IMG/VR virus record: IMGVR_UViG_3300031565_000048
Coordinates: 1 to 52,513 of that record
DNA from: a virus
Taxonomy: Duplodnaviria; Caudoviricetes
Length of the DNA: 52,513 bases
Strand: one strand, 5' to 3'
Below, piece after piece: positions 33,834 through 42,674 of the stretch (position 1 is the first letter of the stretch; each line of letters starts with the position of its first letter). Both the position numbers and the translations under genes were made by a program. The notes beneath the pieces were generated by a model. It was not told where the DNA came from. It saw only the letters and a program-made list of their open reading frames with translations, and did not search any database.

Positions 33834-35896
33834 GTCATCATCCTCCTCTCCGCGAGGGTTCTTGGACGCATCTCCTCCCGTATCTCCTCTATGAGGTTGA
33901 CCCACAAAGGCACAATTACTTTACGCCAGTCGTAGTTCAGGGCGAATTTCCTCGACGCCTCGCCGAATTGTGCAGTTTTGTCGCGGTTGTTATAGGCATC
34001 CTCTAGGTGCTGCGCCATCTCGTACTCGCTCGGAGACGCGATGAAACTGAGCGCCGCCGTGAGTTCCCGGTTATATTTCTCCACCAGCCAGCCGTGCCCT
34101 CTTATGAGTTCGGGCATGGCCGTGAAGTTGGTTCCTATCGTCGGCACCCCGCAGGCGGCTGCTTCGATGATGGGTATGCCGAACCCCTCGCCGCGACTGG
34201 CATTCAATAGTACATCGAAGCCGCCGTAGAGTTTCGCCATATCCTCGGGGGTCAAGCCCTGCCACCAGAAGAACTCGTCTATGACTTTCACGTATTGTGC
34301 GACACCGCAGATGTCGTACCAGTGGTCTATGTTGAAGCCGCCGGGGAAGCGGGGGAGCGTATGCATGAAGACCCGGGTATCCTTCTTAGCGTCAGGGTTG
34401 TTCTCGAAGAATATGTTTAGAGCCAGGGCGTCCTTGTCGAAGCCTTTACGTTTAGTGTCCTTGTTGGCGGCGACCTTGCCGATGACGAAGCAGTCCTCGG
34501 GCCACGGCTCAGCTTTACCGGCGACGAGCGGAACCGATATGTCCTGAAGGTGCTGCCGACTCACCACTTTGTCCTCCGAAGGCTTGAATACAGATGTTTC
34601 AACGCCGTGCGGGATGTATGTTGAGGAGACGCCGTTAGCCTCAAGCTGCCTCTGCCCGAACCTGCTCATAGCTACCGGCTTATACGCCCTCCTCGCGGGC
34701 ACCAACGTGGGCATCGGGATCGGGTCATGATCCACGGGTATGATCGGCACCCAGTACGGGTGCATGCTGCTCAGCCAACCCGGTGGACCTATGGGGCTTA
34801 GTGACTCGTCGATCCAGATGTCGAAAAGTGTGACCATGATGTCGGGCTTCCATCGGTCGCAGATGAGTTTCGCGGCGTCCGACCCGAACTGGTCGAACCG
34901 TTTAGGGTACGTTATGAGTGGGCGTCGACCCTTTACGGGGGTACCGCCTATCGGGGTGCTGAACCCCATTGCTTTTCCTTCAAGCCCGTAGAAGGCGAGG
35001 TTCCGCACGTTATAGTGTTCTAATAGGTCAAAGACTACGCCGGCGGTGCCTACCCCGTACCCGGTTCCACAGAAGAATGCGTTAGCCCACCACAGAATCT
35101 TGAAGTCCTGACTTCCCTTAGCGACCGGCGTTAACGTTATGTTCTCAGCCGTCGGGGTGGGGATGGGGCGGCGGAACCAGACGGTGTAGCCGTGGTCATG
35201 TTTATCCGGCCACGGCGAGTCCTCCTTCTCCTCTGGATAGGCGTACTCGTTGGGCTGACCGAAGGGCTCCATACCCCTCTCCATGAACTGTCTTATCCAC
35301 CAGTGTTTGGAGTAGCAGCTTACGTGGCTCTTATCGGTGCCGTGGCTCTGGTCGGGCTCATCGTCATGGGGCATTATGGGGACGTCAAGCAGCACCATAC
35401 AGCCAACTCGGACCGCCTCATCTAGCGCCTTATAGAGCGATTCATCATACGGTATTTCATCATCCGGGGCTCGAATATGCTCTAGCACGTCGAGGGCCAC
35501 GACGAGGTCAACCCCCCCGTCAACCCATTTACTGAGGTCGCATACGTCGCCCCAATACATGTAGGGCTCGACGCCTTCGGCGCAGTTCTCCACGGCCCAC
35601 CGGCTCAAGTCTACTCCGTCGGCGTTGACGCCGCGCTCACGGAAGGCACGGACCAGGTAGCCCCGGGCTGCCCCGAGAACCAGAACCGTGTTTAGTCTAG
35701 GTGCGACGGATAGTATCCTTTTGACGAGCTCACGGTTTCTTATTAGGTACGACTCGTCGTAGGGCGCGAACGGCTCCCTGCCATAGTTGCTACCCTCCCC
35801 CTCAAGAAAATACTCTCTTGAATAGAAGTTTGGTGGGGCGCTGCCTTTGAATCTCTTTGTTGAACTTACTTTGATCTCTCTCTTCTCCAATTTCAT
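33830..35896 (-). CDS. Methyltransferase-GT4 glycosyltransferase fusion
   Basis: N-terminal LGAARG...DVLEH. C-terminal EGFGIPIIEAAACGVP. Confidence 0.88.
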   Translation of the reverse strand: MKLEKREIKVSSTKRFKGSAPPNFYSREYFLEGEGSNYGREPFAPYDESYLIRNRELVKRILSVAPRLNTVLVLGAARGYLVRAFRERGVNADGVDLSRWAVENCAEGVEPYMYWGDVCDLSKWVDGGVDLVVALDVLEHIRAPDDEIPYDESLYKALDEAVRVGCMVLLDVPIMPHDDEPDQSHGTDKSHVSCYSKHWWIRQFMERGMEPFGQPNEYAYPEEKEDSPWPDKHDHGYTVWFRRPIPTPTAENITLTPVAKGSQDFKILWWANAFFCGTGYGVGTAGVVFDLLEHYNVRNLAFYGLEGKAMGFSTPIGGTPVKGRRPLITYPKRFDQFGSDAAKLICDRWKPDIMVTLFDIWIDESLSPIGPPGWLSSMHPYWVPIIPVDHDPIPMPTLVPARRAYKPVAMSRFGQRQLEANGVSSTYIPHGVETSVFKPSEDKVVSRQHLQDISVPLVAGKAEPWPEDCFVIGKVAANKDTKRKGFDKDALALNIFFENNPDAKKDTRVFMHTLPRFPGGFNIDHWYDICGVAQYVKVIDEFFWWQGLTPEDMAKLYGGFDVLLNASRGEGFGIPIIEAAACGVPTIGTNFTAMPELIRGHGWLVEKYNRELTAALSFIASPSEYEMAQHLEDAYNNRDKTAQFGEASRKFALNYDWRKVIVPLWVNLIEEIREEMRPRTLAERRMMT

Positions 35897-35968
35897 ATCT
35901 CCATCAATACATGAAACTATTATCCCGTAAAAACCCGGGGGGAAAGAAGGTCAGCCTGGTCTAGTTGG

Positions 35969-37159
35969 CTAGCAGGAGAACGGGGACTCGACCGTCTCGA
36001 TCCAGAAGATCCCGTCAGGGTGCAGACGCGTGCCGCCATACTTGATGTCGGCAATTATCCACTTCTTCTGGAGGCGTGGCGAGTACTCCGTCTCGATCGT
36101 TATCCCGTGCTTCAGGGCACCGGCGAGGGCGCCGTTGGCCAGTAGCAGTGTCCGGTAGGTTCCGCCGCCGATGAGCAGCGTGCCCTTCGGGGCCACGTTG
36201 ATTTCGAGGCCGTAAGCCTCTTCAAGCCGCCCGCCTAGAATGGCGTCTCTGGCGCCGAACCTGTTAGCATAGCTGAAGTTGGTGTCCTGCATCAGCGAAG
36301 CCCAGACGACGGGGTGCATGATAATCTTGACTGGCTTGTAAGTTCCAGCCATCATGCTTCCCATCGCCTCGACGATTATGGAGCCGGCCATGGGGCCGGT
36401 GCATGTCAGTGTTCCGGCGTTGTCGCCGGCGAGGGCGACGTCGAAGAAGTAGTTGTCCACACAGACCTGCAGGCAGCTGCCGAGGCCTTCCGTGATGGCG
36501 TCTACGAGACCGTACTGCACGGTCTCCATGGTGTTCTTGCAGATAGCGGTGGCGCAGACGTCGTGGTGCAGTTCGATGGCGGGGCACGTAACCACGGGTG
36601 CCGTGGTTGCGGGTTCCTCGCATGTTAGGTCGGTACATACTGCGGGGGCCACGCGGCAGATGTTGATCTTGTCGCCTGGCTTGCCCTTGATGTCGTCGTA
36701 CCATCTTACGAACCATGCGTCTAGGAAGACGCTGCCCGGGTAGACGTGGTCGCGCTCGATCTTGTCGGCCCACACCTCGGGGATGCAGCAGGTAGTCGTG
36801 CTGATGGTTCCGATGGTTTCGACTAGCTTCTCGGATAGTTTATAGCTGGTTTTCTTGGTTTTCTCGTCGTAGGTGCGGATGGCTAACTTCTCGATCGGAC
36901 GCCTGTCCTGCCAGGCGTCGGTGCGGATGTTGTCGCTCGGCCTGAAGCTTCTGAGCATCTCGTCGATGCCTTCACGCCAGTCGTAGTCGACGAACTTGTT
37001 GTCGCCTACGCTCTCGGTGAGAGCCTCTGTCTTCTCTTGTGCGGTGAGCATCTCCTCTAGCTTCTTGAACTTGAGGTTGAAGTTGTTGTTGAGTCTGTCT
37101 TCCATGCCTTTGGTGTCGATTGACACTTCTATGGGGGATTCGATTTCGGATTTACTCAA
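35969..37159 (-). CDS. Major capsid protein (HK97 fold)
   Basis: IPEVWA, IMHPVVWASL, and YGLEI...KYGGTRLHPDG. RBS AGGTGA. Confidence 0.85.
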   Translation of the reverse strand: MSKSEIESPIEVSIDTKGMEDRLNNNFNLKFKKLEEMLTAQEKTEALTESVGDNKFVDYDWREGIDEMLRSFRPSDNIRTDAWQDRRPIEKLAIRTYDEKTKKTSYKLSEKLVETIGTISTTTCCIPEVWADKIERDHVYPGSVFLDAWFVRWYDDIKGKPGDKINICRVAPAVCTDLTCEEPATTAPVVTCPAIELHHDVCATAICKNTMETVQYGLVDAITEGLGSCLQVCVDNYFFDVALAGDNAGTLTCTGPMAGSIIVEAMGSMMAGTYKPVKIIMHPVVWASLMQDTNFSYANRFGARDAILGGRLEEAYGLEINVAPKGTLLIGGGTYRTLLLANGALAGALKHGITIETEYSPRLQKKWIIADIKYGGTRLHPDGIFWIETVESPFSC

Positions 37160-37195
37160 TTTCTTTAATCACCTTTTTTGGTGGGCGGCGTTTAA

Positions 37196-37259
37196 CGGCG
37201 GCATGCCCGATTTAGTCCGCCGAGTGCCACAATTTTTATCGCGCAGGCACTTATGCGCG
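37196..37259 (-). promoter_or_regulatory. Structured MCP leader: H-type pseudoknot plus hairpin
   Basis: CGCGCA-TA-AGTGCC-TGCGCG-ATAAAAATTGT-GGCACT, then the hairpin CGGCGG...CCGCCG. Confidence 0.5.
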
Positions 37260-37343
37260 GTCAGCTTTTGACTTTGAGCTCCACTCTACAGGGATCCCCT
37301 ATAAAAAGGCGGGGGGGAAGGATGGACGGTGTTTCAGCGGGGT

Positions 37344-37760
37344 TTAAGGTTGGCTGACGTTGTACATGGCGAAGGTTAGCTCTTCGATCTTCGCGGCCTC
37401 CGCTTCGGCTTCCCAGCCGGTTAGGCGCCAGCCCGTGAAGATGAGTGAGCCTGCTATGGTTCCGCACGCGGCTGTGCCGCCTGTGCAGTGGCCGTAGCGG
37501 GGGTAGAATGTGCCTGCTATGGTTCCGCAGTTGTTTCGGAACAGCGTCAGGAAGTCCCCGCAGATGAATGCTTTGCGGGCGCTCCCCTCATAGTTCCTAC
37601 GGCCGCGGAGTAGCGTGGTGGCGTCGTAAGTCCCCATAGCCCTGTAGTGTGTCACTGATCGGTCGCCGCTCAGCTCTACACCGAGCAGGTGTCCGATGAT
37701 GGTTCCGCCGAGCGTTATCTTTCCGATTAGCCCCTCAACGGGGTAGTTTGGTGCTGCCAT
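37344..37760 (-). CDS. Probable tail tube (major tail) protein
   Basis: Tube-like pattern VELSGDRSVTHYRAMG...GRRNYEGS...IEELTF. No other tube candidate in the genome. Confidence 0.6.
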   Translation of the reverse strand: MAAPNYPVEGLIGKITLGGTIIGHLLGVELSGDRSVTHYRAMGTYDATTLLRGRRNYEGSARKAFICGDFLTLFRNNCGTIAGTFYPRYGHCTGGTAACGTIAGSLIFTGWRLTGWEAEAEAAKIEELTFAMYNVSQP

Positions 37761-37771
37761 TTCTCATCACC

Positions 37772-39763
37772 TCATGTCCTCACGTTGACCCGGATCTTCT
37801 TCCGGTCCTTCAATGTGTTGTAGTCTTGTTTGAGTTTCCGGTATTCCTCGACTAGGTCGCCGTGTTTCTTCCGCAGTTCGTCTATGGTTTTTCCATCGGT
37901 GATCTGTTTCTTTGCGTACTCGTTAAGCCGCATCGCGAAGTCGCTGAGTTCCCTTGTCCTGGCGGCGACCTCGGCGGTCGATATGGCGAGTTCCTCTATC
38001 GCGCGTGCCTTGTCGGTTTCGGCGTTGATCGCCTGTTGCACGGCTTGTGCGCGTTTCGTTGATTCGTCGTTAGTCTTGGTCAATGCCTTTGTGAGGGCTT
38101 CCTTGGTCTCTGCGATGGTATGTCGAGTCGCCTCGATGGATTCGTTGATCCTCTTATTTTCGTCCTTGTAGAAGGAGAGATCCTTTTCGGTAGACCCTAC
38201 CTGGACCTCCAGTCGGGTATTATCCTCTTTCTGGCGGTCACCTTCCTCTCTGAGTCGGAGCCGCTCCTCCTTAAGGCGCTTGATCTCGGATGTGTTCTGG
38301 CTCTTGTCTTTGGTTAGGCTGGCGATCTTGTTGTCTTTCTCGACCATCTCTTGAAGCGTTTTGATGTTCTTCTGACGCTCCTCGTTGGTGGCTTGCCGTT
38401 CCTGTAAGACGGTGTTCTTCAGATCCGCTATCTCGGATTTCAGGTTAATCTCGGTCATGGTTTCAATCGTCCTATCCAGGTTCGTAGGCTGATCTCGAGG
38501 CCGCCCGTCAGTGCAGACGGAGTCGGCCTTCCTTACGCGTCTTCTGGCGACGCTGCAGTTTCCGATGCCGGGGCCGATGGCTCCGGCGGTGTGCGTCACG
38601 ATCGCGTCGCTCCCCGGGGCTGCCGGGGCTTCCGTGGTCACGTTCTCCAAGTCCGTGAAGAACTTGCATTGGCCGCAGACGTCCATGCCCTGTATGCCTT
38701 TCTCGGCTAGCGCCTCCTGGACGGTCTTCTCCTGAGCCCACTTGCTGTTAGGCAGAAGCCTCTTAGCGAGCGGGATCAGTTCAGCCCGTGCCTTCCGGCG
38801 CAGAGCCTCATCGCTTCCGTTGCAGACGCTTATGATCTGGTCCATACGGGCCAGGGCGTTACGCAGGTGCGGGAGATCTATTTTTCCGGCGGCGTCTTTG
38901 TAAGGCAGGTGCCGGGCGTCCTTGCGAGTGTCGGCGCACGGCTCGACTACGGCGAAGCTGCCGTCTGGCAGATCGTTGATGTAGGCTCTAGTCCACCGTG
39001 CCTCGGCGAGTATGTATTCGGTCGCCTCTTCGAGTTCAACCTCTTCTTGGTTAGACATTGTGTTTTTCTCTTTTTCTTGCTCCATACTCAGGCTCTCTAC
39101 AAGGCTATGTCCGAGGGCCTCATTTAGGAACAGCGGCTCGAAGCCGATGGTCGTCGGGACCCCTGGAAGGGATGCGTTTTTCTCTAGGAGGGCGAGACAG
39201 GTAAAGTTATACCACTTCGGTACATTGCGTCCGTCCTCTGTGCGGTAGCCGCCCCGAGGCTCGCCCTCTATGCTGGGGTTGACTATGTCCCCGTTGTCTA
39301 GTTTGTCCTGGATGTCAGCCTGCTCGTTGTCGATGCGTATGATGGCTTCGACGGCTAGGTCCTCGTACTCCGCCCAGTCGACGCGGTTCTGGGGGAAGGG
39401 AAGCATCTGGCGGGGGTCGTGGTTCAGGTTGAGTGGCCGCCATGTGAGGGTGCGGGCGCTGCGTTCGATCTCCTCTAGGTCGCTGTAGTCGTTGGCGTTC
39501 ATGCTGAGGGTGGCGGTGAGGGCTCGTACTTTGTAGTATTTGGCTTCCTCGTCCTTCTTCAGGTATTGTATGAGGGGCGTCGCCCATTGGAAAGATTCGC
39601 ATATTCCGTTTAGGCATTCTCGGGTGAGTTGAGAGGCGTAGGACTTTGTCGCATCGAGGCTGTACTGTTTTATGAAGTCATCGTACTTGCGGCGGCCAGC
39701 TTCTCCGAAGAGGCTGAGGAAGTCGGTTAGGATGCGCTTGAAGTCAACGTGTATGGAATCCAA
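37772..39763 (-). CDS. Prohead protease-scaffold fusion
   Basis: SARTLTWRPLNLNH...SIE...FTCLAL protease domain, an INDLPDGSFA...HLP domain, and a long coiled coil. Confidence 0.75.
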   Translation of the reverse strand: MDSIHVDFKRILTDFLSLFGEAGRRKYDDFIKQYSLDATKSYASQLTRECLNGICESFQWATPLIQYLKKDEEAKYYKVRALTATLSMNANDYSDLEEIERSARTLTWRPLNLNHDPRQMLPFPQNRVDWAEYEDLAVEAIIRIDNEQADIQDKLDNGDIVNPSIEGEPRGGYRTEDGRNVPKWYNFTCLALLEKNASLPGVPTTIGFEPLFLNEALGHSLVESLSMEQEKEKNTMSNQEEVELEEATEYILAEARWTRAYINDLPDGSFAVVEPCADTRKDARHLPYKDAAGKIDLPHLRNALARMDQIISVCNGSDEALRRKARAELIPLAKRLLPNSKWAQEKTVQEALAEKGIQGMDVCGQCKFFTDLENVTTEAPAAPGSDAIVTHTAGAIGPGIGNCSVARRRVRKADSVCTDGRPRDQPTNLDRTIETMTEINLKSEIADLKNTVLQERQATNEERQKNIKTLQEMVEKDNKIASLTKDKSQNTSEIKRLKEERLRLREEGDRQKEDNTRLEVQVGSTEKDLSFYKDENKRINESIEATRHTIAETKEALTKALTKTNDESTKRAQAVQQAINAETDKARAIEELAISTAEVAARTRELSDFAMRLNEYAKKQITDGKTIDELRKKHGDLVEEYRKLKQDYNTLKDRKKIRVNVRT

Positions 39764-40040
39764 TGAAGACCTCCTTTTGTCTCGGCTCGCTTTTCAGATC
39801 CATCCATTTGATCTGCTCTTCCACGTTTTCGCTGTGGGCTTTAAACCACGTCTTCGCCTTCGACATGGTCCACCCCTTATCCTTTGCGAATAGGTAGCTC
39901 TGGATTGAGGACTTGTCCCCTTTGAAGCAGATTATGGCCTTGATACCTTGGGCGGCGCTCAGTGTCTTGGTTCTCATTCGGTCACAGTCCGTGGAGCCGT
40001 GGCCGCTTCGAATGTAGTCATCCGTCTCATCCCAAGGCAT
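39744..40040 (-). CDS. Small head-module protein
   Basis: PWDETDDYIRSGH...QSYLF...WTMSKAKTWF. From recall, this domain type is often attached to viral maturation proteases. Confidence 0.6.
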   Translation of the reverse strand: MPWDETDDYIRSGHGSTDCDRMRTKTLSAAQGIKAIICFKGDKSSIQSYLFAKDKGWTMSKAKTWFKAHSENVEEQIKWMDLKSEPRQKEVFIGFHTR

Positions 40041-40512
40041 ACTTCACACCCGCCTTCTCGGCTTTAAGCCGCCGCATACACTCTCGCCACGACGGCCTGC
40101 TCTTACAGCTTTTAACGCTTCGAAGCCGCTCGTCCTTAGCGTAACACCAGTAGTCACAGCACCCGTGTTCGCCCTCTGGGATGGGCCCCAGGTAGGGGCA
40201 GTCACTCGACGGGACTGAAGTCGGCACTCGTGCTTCTATGGGCTCGGGTTCAACGACGACTCTGATGGTTTCCACGTCGACCCCGGTGATGGTGATGACT
40301 TCCTCGGTGGGCGGCAGTTCTATGACTTCTACCTCTGGCTCTAGTTCCGGGTGGACTTCAAGGTAGCGAGGGCATTCAATCCACGCCTCCTCGTCCGTGC
40401 ACATCGCCGTATCTAGGAGCTTTTTCCGGCTTCCCCGGGAGAGGCAGAACCAGCCCCTACAGTTAGTGCAGGTCTTCTTAACCTCATGATAGAGGAACTC
40501 GCAGTCGACCAT
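40027..40512 (-). CDS. Protein with two Cys-rich repeats and an acidic linker
   Basis: DCEFL...WIECPR and DCPYL...WRECMR. Start at a TAATG overlap. Confidence 0.6.
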   Translation of the reverse strand: MVDCEFLYHEVKKTCTNCRGWFCLSRGSRKKLLDTAMCTDEEAWIECPRYLEVHPELEPEVEVIELPPTEEVITITGVDVETIRVVVEPEPIEARVPTSVPSSDCPYLGPIPEGEHGCCDYWCYAKDERLRSVKSCKSRPSWRECMRRLKAEKAGVKYALG

Positions 40513-40745
40513 TAGATCACCCCGAACGTTCTTAGGACGGTCAGCAGGCTTATGAGGGCGCCTAGCAGGCTTGTGCCGAATATGAATTTGACCCAGCTCT
40601 TCGTGGTCCTCCACTCCGTCTTCATCTCGATGAAGCCGTTTTCCAGTCTCTGGTGGCTATCGTTGAGGACGTTGTATGACTTGGAGAGGTCGTCTATCCG
40701 CCTGTTGATCATCTTCAACACTTCTTCGTTATTCAACGTTTTCAC
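40512..40745 (-). CDS. Small coiled-coil protein with C-terminal TM helix (XhlA/holin-like)
   Basis: Heptad repeats followed by a hydrophobic tail. Confidence 0.55.
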   Translation of the reverse strand: MKTLNNEEVLKMINRRIDDLSKSYNVLNDSHQRLENGFIEMKTEWRTTKSWVKFIFGTSLLGALISLLTVLRTFGVI

Positions 40746-40836
40746 CTATATCTTCTATCCTCTACAGGCTCAAAACTAAAACTGGCGACGGCGTACCTGC
40801 TACATTCACTTAGGGGACCCAGGGGTTTATAGAGTT

Positions 40837-41178
40837 TTATACTATGTAGCTCGGTATCTCCTTCGGATCGAACATGAGTTCCCAGCCGCACACACACTTA
40901 TTATGAGCTGGCAAGGGCGGTAGGAATTGCCCCTTCCGGTAGATGCGTCCGTTCTGCGAGTCACAGTAATCGCATGGTCCTGTTTTTGAGGCGCCGGGGT
41001 TTGTGGCCCAGCGTACTCTTGTTATGCCGGCGCTGTAGCCGTAGAACATAAGGCTGTTGTTGACTATCTGGTATGTGAAGCTCTGGCTGAGCATCTCTAT
41101 GCGGTGGGCTATCCCGATGGGTGAACGCCAATAGTCGCTAGTCCTCGGATTATATTCGTGAAGATGGGATAGGGTCAT
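40837..41178 (-). CDS. MuF/gp7-like minor head protein domain
   Basis: CDYC...PPLPAHNKCVC. Confidence 0.7.
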   Translation of the reverse strand: MTLSHLHEYNPRTSDYWRSPIGIAHRIEMLSQSFTYQIVNNSLMFYGYSAGITRVRWATNPGASKTGPCDYCDSQNGRIYRKGQFLPPLPAHNKCVCGWELMFDPKEIPSYIV

Positions 41179-41204
41179 TAATGCTTCTCCACCTCTTTGG
41201 TGGG

Positions 41205-41585
41205 TTAACTATGATAAAGTAATATTCGCTTAGTTAGATTCAAAATGTCAACGGTGTTATCATGGCCTTCTATATCATAGTATCTTTCTATTCCAATCAC
41301 TGTTTGAAGAAGTGCGTCTTGGCTTTTCATCGCAAGATCGTAGGGTGCCGTTTCTCCAAGTATTTTTAATGCATCATAGAAGCTTCCCCCACTCCATTCT
41401 GGTTGTATGGTGCGGGCTCTAGGAAATACATCCTTTATCATTTGGTTCTTATCGTGTTCTAGGGCTATGTAGATGTCTATAGCCTCTATTATAGATGGGT
41501 ATGAAGTGTCAGATCCTAGTGGTGATGGTTTATTTTCGGCTGTTGGTGTCGTAGGGGCTTCCCGTGTATCCTTTTCACGAGTCAC
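41205..41585 (-). CDS. Hypothetical protein (AT-rich insert)
   Basis: 126-aa ORF. Confidence 0.55.
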   Translation of the reverse strand: MTREKDTREAPTTPTAENKPSPLGSDTSYPSIIEAIDIYIALEHDKNQMIKDVFPRARTIQPEWSGGSFYDALKILGETAPYDLAMKSQDALLQTVIGIERYYDIEGHDNTVDILNLTKRILLYHS

Positions 41586-41902
41586 TTATCTTCACCTATC
41601 TTAGTTTCGGATAAACTCTTATCTTCATTAAGACTGAGGCCTGTAAAAACAACTTCAAAGATATTATCTTCAAGTCGTTCTCGATACATGTATTCTGTGC
41701 GTGGATCATTAAGTTCCATTTCGTAGTCTATGCCTCCATCCCTATATTCCGCATCAATTATGATTCCAACTATTTCTTTAAAGTTGGCTTTCACGGGTTT
41801 ACCTATCAATGTTCTTGCGGATTTTTCAAGTTCCTCTTTCGAAATAAAGATGTTGCTTCCAACCCAAGGAGTATATCTTCCTTTAGCCTTCATCATCTTC
41901 AC
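41582..41902 (-). CDS. Truncated paralog of the prohead protease domain
   Basis: EELEKSARTLIGKPVKANF...DAEYRD...FTGLSL aligns by eye with the 663-aa protein. Confidence 0.6.
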   Translation of the reverse strand: MKMMKAKGRYTPWVGSNIFISKEELEKSARTLIGKPVKANFKEIVGIIIDAEYRDGGIDYEMELNDPRTEYMYRERLEDNIFEVVFTGLSLNEDKSLSETKIGEDK

Positions 41903-41912
41903 CTTTCACTGT

Positions 41913-42131
41913 TTAATTAGGAGACTGATTCAACCCCTCAGCCGCCAGAAGGGGGTCTATACTGAGCCGCATCCACTCAGTGAGTGCGCCGAGGATGGGT
42001 TTCACGTGGGATACGATGAGACGCCGGATCACTGCGTCGTTGCTCTCTCCACCCCGTTTCAGGGCATTCAGAGCTCGGTGGGTCTCCTCTGAGACCTTGA
42101 TATATTTGGTTGTTCCCAAACTGTTCACCAT
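41913..42131 (-). CDS. RHH/antitoxin-like regulator
   Basis: KYIKVSEETHRALNALKRGGESNDAVIRRLI. TATA at about 42151-42158. Confidence 0.7.
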   Translation of the reverse strand: MVNSLGTTKYIKVSEETHRALNALKRGGESNDAVIRRLIVSHVKPILGALTEWMRLSIDPLLAAEGLNQSPN

Positions 42132-42184
42132 ATAACAGGGTGCAACGTGGTTATATAAGGTTTACTTGGTGGGTTTCTTCTCGG

Positions 42185-42487
42185 TTATTTCACGTCGTCC
42201 AGTATAGTGTTCCAGTCCTTGATGGCTTCGTCTCGCCACCTGTCTAGGCGGCGCTGATCCTCGGGGGCGAGGGTGACGGGGCGGCCCAAGGAATAGCCGA
42301 GGCGTCCCCGGGTTAGCCTGAGCAGGGTCTGGTAGTGGTCTTCTATGACTCGGGCGCCCGCCTCCTTGGCCCTTGCCTTGTCTATGATGCCGAACCGGTA
42401 GTTTGTCTGGATGCCTTTGAGGCGCCGGGTTAGGTCGGCGGTCTCGCGTTGCTGGGCTCCCTGTCCGATCATAATGTGGCGGCTCAA
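42185..42487 (-). CDS. Hypothetical head-module protein
   Basis: 100-aa helical ORF downstream of the portal. Confidence 0.55.
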   Translation of the reverse strand: MSRHIMIGQGAQQRETADLTRRLKGIQTNYRFGIIDKARAKEAGARVIEDHYQTLLRLTRGRLGYSLGRPVTLAPEDQRRLDRWRDEAIKDWNTILDDVK

Positions 42488-42674
42488 CTAGCTCACTTCG
42501 TACCATGTCAGGACTATTGCGACCTCTGTGCTGTCCGTGTCCACCGTTACCTTGACGAGGTAGGTCGCAGCCTGTTTGAGGAGCGGTACAAGTTTGCCGT
42601 CTAAGAGTATTTCGGGGAGCTCTATTGTCATCCCCCGATCAGTGTAGACACCGATGTATCTAGACATTATTCAA

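Noticed and set aside
37261-37467. Frameshift or readthrough fusion of tube and MCP using the pseudoknot
   Set aside because: The tube stop lies about 85 nt upstream of the pseudoknot, and I found no slippery site in a credible coding frame at the right spacing.
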